Below are positions 18,676 to 28,893 of a DNA stretch of 64,000 bases, piece by piece. A model generated the notes under the pieces. The model ran no database searches. It had not been told where the DNA came from and saw only the letters and a list, made by a program, of their open reading frames with translations. The stretch lies in contig CAYVEK010000002.1 of the NCBI GenBank assembly GCA_964450605.1, forward strand, positions 199,805 to 263,804. The letters run 5' to 3'. This stretch comes from an uncultured Candidatus Saccharibacteria bacterium. Lineage in GTDB: Bacteria; Patescibacteriota; Minisyncoccia; Phycocordibacterales; CAIZLB01. The first letter of the stretch is position 1. Every line of letters begins with the position of its first letter. Made by a program: the position numbers and the translations under genes.

Positions 18676-20148
18676 TTAGAATACTTCATTATGATGAAGT
18701 AATTTTGCAAACATTGGAGTATCTGGCATCTTTCGCTCTTCTATACAATCAATAATCTTTGGCACACTATGTGGTAATACCGGTTCTGCAAAAGTTGTAA
18801 GAATGTAAAACTTTTCCATCATAGCAGAAACAAGCTCTCGTGCTTTTTCCGGATCAACCTTAAATAACTTAAATGGCTCTGTTTCTTGAATCCAAGTATC
18901 TATAGAAGCAAACTCCTTCCATATACATGAAGTATATCCGGTAAGATCTGTGTTATTTAAAAAACTGTCGGCTTTTTGTTCAACTTCAGACCAGTACGCG
19001 CTCTCTCTAACCTGGATAGGATCAAATCGCGCATCATAACTAATCATCATTTTCAAAAGTCTATTGCACAAATTACCAATACCATTTGCAAGATGCGCAT
19101 TGTATGAAGCAACAATCAAATCTTTTGACACCTCTCCATCATCAAGCAAAGGAACATCGTGAGTGAAATAAAATCGCAAACCTTCTGCCCCAACAAGATC
19201 CATCATCTCGATCGGATCAATAATATTTCCAAGAGTTTTTGACATCTTCTTTCCCCCAGATTGCATAAGGCCTGTAACAAGTATCTTTTTGGGTAAAGAT
19301 AATCCTGCAGACATGAGCATACCTGGCCATATCGCAGCATGAAAACGTAATATATCTTTCCCTATCACATGTATTGCTTCTGGCCAAAAACGCTTCATAA
19401 GACTATCATCTGAACCCCCAAAGCCTAAGGCTGATATGTAGTTTGTCAGCGCATCTCCCCACACATATATAGCTTGAGTATCATCACCTGGTACTAAAAT
19501 AGCATTAGGTTGTCCGTGATATGGTCGAGAAAAACTTATATCATCAAGCCCATCCCGAAGTACTGTGAGTATTTCATTTTTTCGAGCATCGGGTGCTATA
19601 TATAACTCACCACTTTCGATGGCTCCTATAATCTTATTTGTGTATTTAGATAATTTGAAAAAATAATTTTTTTCTTTAACTTTTTCTGGTTCAGTATCAT
19701 GAAGTGGACATTTGCCTTCGACTAAATCTTTTTCTGTTTTAAAACTTTCACAACCAACACAATAAAGACCTTCGTACACACCTTCGTATATATCTCCAGC
19801 TTTTTCTAAACGCTTCCACATCTCCTGAACCCCAGGATGGTGATGAATGTTGTCGGTAGTTCTTATGTATCTATCGTATGATATGTGTAATCTATCAAAC
19901 AATACCTTTGTCTCCTCTGCCTGAGCATCAAGAAAACTCATAACCTCAAGACCTTTTTCCTTGGCAGCTTTTTCAATCTTAAGACTGTTCTCATCGGCAC
20001 CAGTTAAGAAAAAAGTAGGTCGACCAAGTAGGCGTGCCAAACGAGAAAATACATCACAGACAACTGTTGGGTAGGTATTACCAATATGTAGTTTTCCGTT
20101 AGGGTAAAATATAGGGGTCGTTATATAGAAAGGTGTTTTGTCTGACAT
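18676..20148 (-). CDS. metG: Methionine--tRNA ligase
   Basis: YITTPIFYPNGKLHIGN, GKDILRFH, KMSKT; no C-terminal dimerisation domain. Confidence 0.96.
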   Translation of the reverse strand: MSDKTPFYITTPIFYPNGKLHIGNTYPTVVCDVFSRLARLLGRPTFFLTGADENSLKIEKAAKEKGLEVMSFLDAQAEETKVLFDRLHISYDRYIRTTDNIHHHPGVQEMWKRLEKAGDIYEGVYEGLYCVGCESFKTEKDLVEGKCPLHDTEPEKVKEKNYFFKLSKYTNKIIGAIESGELYIAPDARKNEILTVLRDGLDDISFSRPYHGQPNAILVPGDDTQAIYVWGDALTNYISALGFGGSDDSLMKRFWPEAIHVIGKDILRFHAAIWPGMLMSAGLSLPKKILVTGLMQSGGKKMSKTLGNIIDPIEMMDLVGAEGLRFYFTHDVPLLDDGEVSKDLIVASYNAHLANGIGNLCNRLLKMMISYDARFDPIQVRESAYWSEVEQKADSFLNNTDLTGYTSCIWKEFASIDTWIQETEPFKLFKVDPEKARELVSAMMEKFYILTTFAEPVLPHSVPKIIDCIEERKMPDTPMFAKLLHHNEVF

Positions 20149-20201
20149 ACCCCCATACTAGCAGAGCTAAAGCCTTTTCTCCAGCTCTATAATGTGCTGT
20201 T

Positions 20202-21263
20202 TTATTCTTCAGCAATCATCCTCTTCCGCCGGTTATGATCATCAAGATATTCAACTATAAGCACAGCTATAGGAATAGATAGAAGTACTCCGACAAAACC
20301 AGCAAGTTCGACACCGGCAACGAGTGATATGATAACAAGAAGTGGTGGAACACCTGTAACCTTTTTCATAACTATAGGATACAAAACATGGGATTCTATC
20401 TGATGAATCACGGTAAACAAAATAACAACTATAAGAGCAACACCCATACCTCCTTTTATCAAGGTAAACAAAAATGCTAATATCGTTGCGATAAATATTC
20501 CAATGATAGGAATAAATTCAAGAAGTCCAGCAATAAGTGCAAGCAAGAACACGTGCTGTATTTGATTTCCTAAAAATATCTTACAAATACCTAAGCCGAT
20601 AGCCATAAGTACAAACACTGTACCCATAAGCATAAATTGTCCTTGTATCCACTTACCTATCTTGTCCTGCACCCTGTCCCACAAGCTTATAACATATCCT
20701 TCGTATTGACGCGGAGTCACCATCCCTAAAAACCGTGCAACACCTCTCTCTTCGACCGATAGATATATAGACAAAACCAGTACAAGTATGAGACTAACAA
20801 TACCTCCAAAGAACCGCGTTACAGTGTCAAAAATACCTCCAACAAAATCAGAAAATGATGCTGTGATGAGGCCGACCAAATCTTCCATAGAAATACTCTG
20901 AGGAACTTCAGGGAAAACTTTTTTAACAGATGTATATAAACTCTTTTGTATTGGGTTTAATATATCAGCGGTTTTAATAGTTCCCGGAAGAGAGTTTATG
21001 GCACTAAATGTCTCTTTAATAAGCGGAGGAAGAGCAATAAATATAAACGAAGCGAACGCAAGAACTACAATACTATAGCTAAAAAATACAGCAGTGCCTC
21101 TTTTACTACCTCTCCGAGTAAAGAAACGTATCATCGGCTCCATGAAGGACGCTATAACTACCGCCACAAGCACCGACAAGATCAAGCCTTGCAACTTGCC
21201 CAAGGCTAAAAATACCAGTATTCCCCCTATAATCTTCGCAATAGAACCTCCTGTTATATTCAT
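20202..21263 (-). CDS. AI-2E (PerM) family transporter
   Basis: Multi-TM; LEFIPIIG, HQIESHVLYP, GVLLSIP. Confidence 0.9.
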   Translation of the reverse strand: MNITGGSIAKIIGGILVFLALGKLQGLILSVLVAVVIASFMEPMIRFFTRRGSKRGTAVFFSYSIVVLAFASFIFIALPPLIKETFSAINSLPGTIKTADILNPIQKSLYTSVKKVFPEVPQSISMEDLVGLITASFSDFVGGIFDTVTRFFGGIVSLILVLVLSIYLSVEERGVARFLGMVTPRQYEGYVISLWDRVQDKIGKWIQGQFMLMGTVFVLMAIGLGICKIFLGNQIQHVFLLALIAGLLEFIPIIGIFIATILAFLFTLIKGGMGVALIVVILFTVIHQIESHVLYPIVMKKVTGVPPLLVIISLVAGVELAGFVGVLLSIPIAVLIVEYLDDHNRRKRMIAEE

Positions 21264-21297
21264 ATGCCTATGGTAGCATATTTTTTATCGAAAAAGA

Positions 21298-21876
21298 CTA
21301 TTTTTTTGCTTTTGGGTTTACGTCCGGAACTACTGCATTTAGAAAATCATCCTCACTCATCTGACGATATGCATAACATGCATTTGATCCTTTATATCTC
21401 TTCATGTTAGCAGGTGATACAAAAGCATGCATGATCGGAGAAAATTCAGTAGTACCATCCTGATTACCCGCTTCATCATAATGCACTATTTTAGCTTTTA
21501 TAAGAAGAGCTTCTGTACATTTGTTTCGGACACTACATACCATATTTTTTTTAATCTCTGGGAAGATATATGCCTCTGTTCTTGGTGTTGTTACTTTTTT
21601 TGTATTATCTACAAACCATGCAAATATACACTGATCACCTTGCTTTTTTGCCTCTGGGTTATAGTCACAAGCATTAACATGCATACAACCAACACCTCGT
21701 TGTCCCATATATTCAGCATCACTGGGATCAATATAGTGCCCATCGCCTGTTGATGCTTTTTTAATATCTACAGCAGCCGCTGTGTTATTTTTATTTTGAA
21801 TAACTGTTTTAACGTTAAAAACTATAGTGGTTACTATAACCGCCGCTAAGACAACAAGTGTTAGTACTTTTTTCAT
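21298..21876 (-). CDS. Secreted or membrane-anchored Cys-rich hypothetical protein
   Basis: N-terminal hydrophobic segment; GCMHVNACDYNPEAKKQGDQC motif. Confidence 0.75.
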   Translation of the reverse strand: MKKVLTLVVLAAVIVTTIVFNVKTVIQNKNNTAAAVDIKKASTGDGHYIDPSDAEYMGQRGVGCMHVNACDYNPEAKKQGDQCIFAWFVDNTKKVTTPRTEAYIFPEIKKNMVCSVRNKCTEALLIKAKIVHYDEAGNQDGTTEFSPIMHAFVSPANMKRYKGSNACYAYRQMSEDDFLNAVVPDVNPKAKK

Positions 21877-21908
21877 ATACTATATATTGTATCTTCACCT
21901 GCAGAGAA

Positions 21909-23435
21909 CTACAATAACGTATCTATATTTTCAATGTTGACAACTTTTTGCTCTCCACTATCTCTATCTCGAACAGTTACAGTACCTTTTTCAAGAGAAT
22001 CAAAATCAACAGTTACACACAAAGGTGTACCTATCTCATCCTGTCTTCGATATCTCTTACCAATAGAACCTGTCTCATCGTACACTATCTTTGAGGCTGG
22101 TATACCGTTTTTCTGAGCAAGCTCTCGTAGTTTCTGCCAAACCTCTTTTGCTTTTGCAATAAGTTCTGGTTTGTTTTTCAACAGAGGAAATACAGCAACT
22201 CGATATGGTGCAACTGCTGGTGAAAGTTTTAGAAACGCTCGTTCTTCCCCACCCAGATTGTCTACACTGTATGCCGTGGCAAGAACAGCAAGAACAGTTC
22301 TATCGAGTCCAAATGACGGCTCAATACAATGTGGTGTAAACCTCTCTTTTGCCTCTTCATCAAAATATGAAAGATCAACTTTTGATCCATCAGTATGTGC
22401 TTTTAAGTCAAAGTCTGTTCTGTATGCTAAACCGTATAACTCTTTTTTTCCAAACGGAAAATCGTACTCGAAATCTATAGTTCGAGCTGAATAGTGTGCT
22501 CTGTCTTCAGGAGCAATCTCAAGTTCATGGAGCTTTGCTTTGTCAAGACCGATGTCAAGGATAAAGTTCCAAACCTCTTTTCTGAATTCTTCAAATGAAG
22601 TTTCCCAGTTTTTAGGATCAACAAAATATTCTATCTCCATCTGCTCAAACTCTCGAACTCGAAAAACAAAATCTCGCGGAGCGATTTCATTTCGAAAGGC
22701 TTTACCGATCTGTCCCATACCAAATGGAAGCCGTGGATGAAATGTATCAAGAATATTTTTAAAGTTTACAAACATACCTTGTGCAGTTTCTGGGCGAAGA
22801 TAGACAACATTTTCATCTGACTCGATAGCACCGATGTTTGTTTTGAACATCATGTTGAACTGACGAGGTTCGTTCCATCTTTTTTTCTTACTACAGTTTG
22901 GACATTCTACATGCTGATTTAAAAAATCCTGAGCAATAATTCCTATATATTTGCTAGCATCTATCATTTGTTTACGAAAAGAATCTTCCAGTTCAGCAAT
23001 ACTCATATTCTGATGAAAACTATCACCGGAATCTTTTTGTTCTTTGAATTGTTGAACTATTAGTTTCTGATCCATTCTGGTCTTTGCCATAAATTCAGCA
23101 TAAGGCCCCTCATCCACAATCTGATCAACTCTAAATCTCTTCTTACAATCCAAACACTCAACCAACGGATCAGCGAAACCGCCAACATGACCTGAAGAAA
23201 CCCAAGTCTTTTGATTCATAAGAATGGCAGCGTCCATACCATACATATCAGTTCTGTCATCAACAAAACGCTTCCACCAAAGACGCTTGATAGCATCCTT
23301 AAGCATCACACCGAGTGGACCATAATCCCATGTACCAGCGAGTCCTCCATATATCTCAGAGCCTTGATAGATAAAACCCCGTCTTTTACACAGAGAAATC
23401 AAGTCCTCCATACTTACTTTCTTATTGTCTGCCAT
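21909..23435 (-). CDS. glyQS: Glycine--tRNA ligase (alpha2 type)
   Basis: LCKRRGF, YLRPETAQG, FRNEI..R.FVFRVREFEQME, IEPSFG, IGKRYRRQDEIGTP. Confidence 0.96.
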   Translation of the reverse strand: MADNKKVSMEDLISLCKRRGFIYQGSEIYGGLAGTWDYGPLGVMLKDAIKRLWWKRFVDDRTDMYGMDAAILMNQKTWVSSGHVGGFADPLVECLDCKKRFRVDQIVDEGPYAEFMAKTRMDQKLIVQQFKEQKDSGDSFHQNMSIAELEDSFRKQMIDASKYIGIIAQDFLNQHVECPNCSKKKRWNEPRQFNMMFKTNIGAIESDENVVYLRPETAQGMFVNFKNILDTFHPRLPFGMGQIGKAFRNEIAPRDFVFRVREFEQMEIEYFVDPKNWETSFEEFRKEVWNFILDIGLDKAKLHELEIAPEDRAHYSARTIDFEYDFPFGKKELYGLAYRTDFDLKAHTDGSKVDLSYFDEEAKERFTPHCIEPSFGLDRTVLAVLATAYSVDNLGGEERAFLKLSPAVAPYRVAVFPLLKNKPELIAKAKEVWQKLRELAQKNGIPASKIVYDETGSIGKRYRRQDEIGTPLCVTVDFDSLEKGTVTVRDRDSGEQKVVNIENIDTLL

Positions 23436-23462
23436 AATACACCCACTATAGCACAAAATGGG

Positions 23463-26400
23463 CTATATTCCATTGATAGCTTTTCGTGTAGCTGGACCAA
23501 GTCTGCCGTTTGCTGGCTTTATATTATTGGCTTTTTGAAACTTAATCAATGCATTTTTTGTCGCCGGACCAAACGCACCATTTTCTTTACCAGGAGAACC
23601 TGGACCCTTTTTTGCTATAACAAAGCCTTTTTTGTTTAAGAACTTTTGCAACTCCTTTACATCATTATTCTGATCACCAACTTGCAGATTTTTTTTAAAT
23701 ACAAAGCCTCCATTTTTATTTTCTACAGGCTTTTTAACCTGTAACTCCTCTGGCACAGGCAATGGAACGTTTCCACCCTGCGGACCAATGATTCTATTTC
23801 CTTCTACAGAAAACCGTATGACGTAGTCTGTTGTATTTTCATTTGCATTTGTATCAACACATCTGACGTAATATACATAGGCAGTTCCCTCTGTCACATC
23901 CACACTTTTTACATGTTGTGTTCCTCCGGTTGTAGAAAATGTATTTGCAATACTTGCATATACAGTATTTGGCGCAATACCATATCGACATGTTGCTGGT
24001 TCATTTGTATCCACCGATATATTAACACTACGTGTTCCGAGTGGAAGTATGGCACTTGGTTGACCATTTGTAATGATTGCAGGAGTTGAATCTGGGACAG
24101 CCGCTGTTGTAAATATATAATCACTACTTACTGCCACGTTATTTGATGGATCTGTAGCTGTGATACGGAAATGATATGGAGTAGAACCTGTAAGTCCTGT
24201 CAAAGAAACAGAATGGTTTGTTGCACCGAGTGATGTTGATGCTGTGCCGTATGATACAGTTGTTCCAAAGTCTATATAGGAAGTAGCAGTTTCATTTGTT
24301 GTCCAAGAAATAGTTGCTGTTGTTATATTCGTTGAAGAAGAGATTGCTGAAATAACAGGAGCGGTCACATCTGCTTGTGTTGTAAATATGAGATCAGAAG
24401 ATGTGGCTAAGTTGCCTGACGCGTCCCATGATGATATTCGGTAGTGGTATGCAGTATTTAAAGTTAGTCCTGATAATACGAAACGATGACTTGTTGTTGA
24501 TACATTTGATGATGACGCTGTGCCATATGAAGTAGTAAGTCCAAAATCGATAGTTGATGTAGCAACTTCGTTAGTGTTCCATGTTATGGTTGCTGTTGTA
24601 AATGTAGTTGACGATGCGATATTTGATAGAACTGGTGGTACATTATCTATAGTATTAAATGTAGCATCGCTCGTTGTTGATGTATTTCCAGCAGCATCAG
24701 TTGCGACTATTATGTAATGATATGTGGTTGCAGATGTAAGCCCTGTCAGAGACACAGAGTGGTTTGTTGTGCCAAGTGATGTTGAAGCTGTGCCGTATGA
24801 AGTAGTTGGACCTATATAGAGTACTGATGTTGCAGGCTCATCCGTTGTCCAAGATATGCTTGCCGTAGTTATGCCCGGAGTAACATTAACACCAGACGTG
24901 ACAGGTGGAGTAACATCAAAACCCCAGTTAGTGTTGTTACCGGCATTTACCATTGTTCCATTTATACTTACAGGTGTAACGTTTGTGTTATTACTGTCTT
25001 TAACATTTGTATACGAAACACTTCGAGTGCCTTGTGGATTTACATTCCACTGAACACCGTTTGAGGTTGACCTTAGCGAGAGTAGGTTTCCAGATACACC
25101 ATTTACGATCCAGTTGTTTGTAATAGTTTGCGTCTGCCCCGCTCCAAATGTAAGAGTATCGGCAGAAGATACGGTTTTAACAAAATTATAAAATGTTGTT
25201 GTTCCTGTTATGGTTTGGTTTGTACCTGTAAATGTTGTCGTTCCATTTCTTGCATTAAATGTTCCTATGTTTGACCAGTTACCACCTACATTTAATCCAT
25301 AATTAGAAGCAGTGACATCTAAAGTACCTGAATTTATCTGTAGATTTTGAGAGACAGTTAAGGCAGCCGGTAGACTGAGTGTTGTCGTTGACCCACCTTG
25401 TATCACCAGATTTTGATAGGCAATATTTTTAAGAGTGTATGAAGCACCTGTACCCTCATAAAGAGCAGTCGACCCTGATGAAAATGTTGTAGTAGATATT
25501 GTTTCGCTTCCGTGAAGTTTAAGTGTACCGCTCGCACCTATAGTAGTTGTTGCAAATGTGTATGAGAAGTTATTTAGACGTAACGTTCCAGTTGCAACGT
25601 TCATCGTTCCACTAAACAACGTTGTCCACGCAGATCCTAGTCCCACTTCACCTGAAGTTTTATTGACCGTCCAATCACTAGCAGCGTTTATAATTCCAAA
25701 TGTTTTATTCATTGTTTGAACTCCGGCACCATTAAATACAATATCTCCCAGCAAGGTTACGCTTCCATCCAACATCTGTATATCACCACCAACATATGTT
25801 GTTAGAGGAAAAGTCGAACCTCCACCAAAACTGAGAGAACCTCCGACGGTTGTTGATGCGAATATAAGAGAACCTCCTACATTTAGATTTCTATTTGTGT
25901 TACTAATGTTTGATACGACTGAATACGATCCTCCGCCTGAGTTTGTATTTTGTATTGTTAGATTGCCCAAGATATTTATATCTGAAGCAATGTTTGCTGA
26001 AGCCGAGCTTCCTGAAGAACCCCCGTACTCAAATGACATGTGGTTAAATGTCATAGTACCGAAGTTTAATACTGGATTTATACCTGAACTCAATATGACA
26101 CTTGTTGTGCCATTGTTGTGATTAAACGTTCCACTATAGTATGTAAACGGACCAGCGATAGTCAACAGTCCATTCGGTGTTGCTTCTATATTTCCTCCAT
26201 TCATCGTTGTTGATGCAAATACTGTTGAACTGGCAGCTTGTATTGTTCCAGTACTATGAAATAGTGATGTGATGGTATACGTTGCCGGCCCTGTAGGGTT
26301 AAATGTGGTGCCAGGTGCAACAATCACACCTCCTGTAGTAAATGTAAATGCTGTTGATGAAAATTGAAAATCGCTCGCAGAGTCTGGTTGTAAAATCTGT

Positions 26401-28841
26401 GATCCAGAAAAGTTTGCAGACAGTGCCAAGTTGCCTGATCCAGTGTCATACCAGTCACTAAAAGAAGATATTGTTCCTGCAGTTTTTGTTAAGGTCTGGG
26501 TGCTACTGCTTGCAAATGTCACGTCAGCATTTAAAGTAACACTACTATCATTCATTATAAAATCTCCACTTACAACAAAGTTTATTGGGTATGTGGATGC
26601 TCCGTTGCCCACATTCAAAGTTGCTGCACTTGAAGTAGTAGGCATCATCAGCTTTCCCCCGACTGTTATAGTTCGAGTTGTTCCTGATAGGTTTGATAAA
26701 AATGTGAAGCTACCTCCTCCACTGTTAGTGTTCTGTACAAAGAAATCTCCAGTAACCGTCATATCTGATGCGAGGCTTAAAATTCCCGCTACTCCAGACG
26801 CGTTAGCATAATCAACAACAACATTGTTAAACACCGCACTGTTTGGAGTGATAGTAGCGTTCAAAGCAGGAGGCATTAAGAAGCTCGATGTACCGTTGTT
26901 GTGATTAAATGTTCCACTTATAAACCAAAAAGCTCCTGTAAATGTCGTTGTACTATTTGAGGCAGCATTAAATATACCACCGTTTATAGTTGTGGAAGCA
27001 AACACTGTTGAACTTGATGCCACAATCGTTCCTACATTGTGTATCAGGTTAGCGATCGTATAAGTAGACGGGCCTAGTGGTGTAAATGTGGTGCTTGTTG
27101 CGACAATCACAGAGCCGGTTGTAAATGTAAATGAAGTTGTTACAAAGTTAAAGTCCGTTGGATCATTTGGAAACAAAATCTGTGATCCAGAAAAGTTTGC
27201 AGACAGTGCCAAGTTGCCTGATCCAGTGTCATACCATCGACTTGTGTTACTTATCGTTCCGGCAGTTTTGGTTAAAGTTTGAGTGCTACTACTTGCAAAT
27301 GTTACATCTCCGAAAAAAGTTATCCCTGAGTCTGCCATATCGAAGTTACCAGACAAAATAATATTTACCGTGTTAGTACTACCCGGAGCAACACTGATTC
27401 CACCTGTGGCAGAGGTACTTGGCATAGACAGGTTTCCGCCTACTGTTATGTTTCGCGTTGTTGTTGATAGGTTTGATTGTATGGTTAACGTCTGACCACT
27501 TGCATCAGTGTTTAACAATATAAGGTTTCCACTTATAGTCATGTCTGAGGCCAAGTTTGCAGTAAAACCACCAGCACCTCCCGATCTATCAAATATCACA
27601 TTATTGAATACAACCGCACCTGGAGTTATTGTATAGGTTGATAAAAATTTAAATAATATATTTCCTGTTCCAGCATTAAATGTTCCACTTGTATACGTAA
27701 AGTTTCCCGTCATTGTGGTGGTACCGGATCCAGCATTAAATGTTCCACCTGTTTGGTTAAATCCAAATATAGTTGTACTTCCATTTGAGTTAAATGTACC
27801 AGTTGAAAGGTTAAAAGCATTGAATGAATATGAAGATGCGCCTGCGGGGCTGAAGGTTGTTCCTGTTGATATAGATATATCTCCAGCAGTAAACGTAAAT
27901 GGAGTTGCGACAAAGTTGAAATCGTCATCACTATCAGTATTAAGTTTTTGGTTACCTGAGAAGTTGGCGGTAAGTATGAAATTACCTGTTCCTGTATCAT
28001 ACCAATCACTTAAGTTATTTATACTTGCAGAACTGTTTTTATTTATAGTTTGATTGCTTGAACTCGCAAAAAAAGTATCAGAGTTGTATACAACGTTTGC
28101 ATCCGTTATATCAAAGTTTCCATAGACAGTTGTATTGAAGTTGAAGGTGGCACCTCCACCAAAAGAAACGTTTCCTGACCCTGACGTACTTGGAAACACC
28201 AGATTTCCGAGTATGGTTATATTTTTTGATGCAGAAACACTAGATTGCAATGTTACCCCAGAACTACTACTTGCATTTAGTAAGTACATGTTTCCATTAA
28301 CCGTCATGTCTGAACCAAGATTTACAGTTATGTTTGAGGCGGGACCGGTACGACCAAACGCTACATTGTAAAATGTATTTCCATTTGGAGTAACTGTCGC
28401 GTTGGCAGAACTCAAAAACTCCATCATTCCATTGTTATGATTAAAAATTCCAGCGTTGATTATAAAACTATTATTAACGGTAGTTGTTGCCGCAGAGGCG
28501 GTGAAAGTTCCATCTGATTGAGTGAAGCTTGCTAAAGCAATAGTTTGCGCAGAGCTGGCTGGAGCAATAGTTCCTGTATATCCACTATTTATGGTTAAAC
28601 CAAATATTACAATAGATGTGTCTATTGTTGCATTTTTTGTGGAAACTGAAGAAAAGATAACAGAGTCTGCTGAGGTTGGGCAAATATCAGAAGACCAGTT
28701 TGCACATGTTGACCAGTTGTTATCAGCTCCTCCACCATCCCATGTATAAGTAGCAGCTCGAGTCAGTGAAGGAAACGTAAGCAAGAAAAAAGAGCATATA
28801 AAAACTACTACCGATGCTTTTTTTTCAAAAAAACGTTTCAT
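23463..28841 (-). CDS. 1792-aa surface adhesin-like protein: beta-helical repeats, three FN3-like domains, C-terminal PG-binding domain
   Basis: Sec signal; WDGGGADNNWSTCANWS; three ATISWTTxExATS...YG...Y repeats; NLQVGDQNNDVKELQKFLN...FGPATKNALIKFQ. Confidence 0.88.
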   Translation of the reverse strand: MKRFFEKKASVVVFICSFFLLTFPSLTRAATYTWDGGGADNNWSTCANWSSDICPTSADSVIFSSVSTKNATIDTSIVIFGLTINSGYTGTIAPASSAQTIALASFTQSDGTFTASAATTTVNNSFIINAGIFNHNNGMMEFLSSANATVTPNGNTFYNVAFGRTGPASNITVNLGSDMTVNGNMYLLNASSSSGVTLQSSVSASKNITILGNLVFPSTSGSGNVSFGGGATFNFNTTVYGNFDITDANVVYNSDTFFASSSNQTINKNSSASINNLSDWYDTGTGNFILTANFSGNQKLNTDSDDDFNFVATPFTFTAGDISISTGTTFSPAGASSYSFNAFNLSTGTFNSNGSTTIFGFNQTGGTFNAGSGTTTMTGNFTYTSGTFNAGTGNILFKFLSTYTITPGAVVFNNVIFDRSGGAGGFTANLASDMTISGNLILLNTDASGQTLTIQSNLSTTTRNITVGGNLSMPSTSATGGISVAPGSTNTVNIILSGNFDMADSGITFFGDVTFASSSTQTLTKTAGTISNTSRWYDTGSGNLALSANFSGSQILFPNDPTDFNFVTTSFTFTTGSVIVATSTTFTPLGPSTYTIANLIHNVGTIVASSSTVFASTTINGGIFNAASNSTTTFTGAFWFISGTFNHNNGTSSFLMPPALNATITPNSAVFNNVVVDYANASGVAGILSLASDMTVTGDFFVQNTNSGGGSFTFLSNLSGTTRTITVGGKLMMPTTSSAATLNVGNGASTYPINFVVSGDFIMNDSSVTLNADVTFASSSTQTLTKTAGTISSFSDWYDTGSGNLALSANFSGSQILQPDSASDFQFSSTAFTFTTGGVIVAPGTTFNPTGPATYTITSLFHSTGTIQAASSTVFASTTMNGGNIEATPNGLLTIAGPFTYYSGTFNHNNGTTSVILSSGINPVLNFGTMTFNHMSFEYGGSSGSSASANIASDINILGNLTIQNTNSGGGSYSVVSNISNTNRNLNVGGSLIFASTTVGGSLSFGGGSTFPLTTYVGGDIQMLDGSVTLLGDIVFNGAGVQTMNKTFGIINAASDWTVNKTSGEVGLGSAWTTLFSGTMNVATGTLRLNNFSYTFATTTIGASGTLKLHGSETISTTTFSSGSTALYEGTGASYTLKNIAYQNLVIQGGSTTTLSLPAALTVSQNLQINSGTLDVTASNYGLNVGGNWSNIGTFNARNGTTTFTGTNQTITGTTTFYNFVKTVSSADTLTFGAGQTQTITNNWIVNGVSGNLLSLRSTSNGVQWNVNPQGTRSVSYTNVKDSNNTNVTPVSINGTMVNAGNNTNWGFDVTPPVTSGVNVTPGITTASISWTTDEPATSVLYIGPTTSYGTASTSLGTTNHSVSLTGLTSATTYHYIIVATDAAGNTSTTSDATFNTIDNVPPVLSNIASSTTFTTATITWNTNEVATSTIDFGLTTSYGTASSSNVSTTSHRFVLSGLTLNTAYHYRISSWDASGNLATSSDLIFTTQADVTAPVISAISSSTNITTATISWTTNETATSYIDFGTTVSYGTASTSLGATNHSVSLTGLTGSTPYHFRITATDPSNNVAVSSDYIFTTAAVPDSTPAIITNGQPSAILPLGTRSVNISVDTNEPATCRYGIAPNTVYASIANTFSTTGGTQHVKSVDVTEGTAYVYYVRCVDTNANENTTDYVIRFSVEGNRIIGPQGGNVPLPVPEELQVKKPVENKNGGFVFKKNLQVGDQNNDVKELQKFLNKKGFVIAKKGPGSPGKENGAFGPATKNALIKFQKANNIKPANGRLGPATRKAINGI

Positions 28842-28893
28842 CTCTTATGTCTTATATTATATCGCCAATTCACCTATATATACAGTTGTATTT

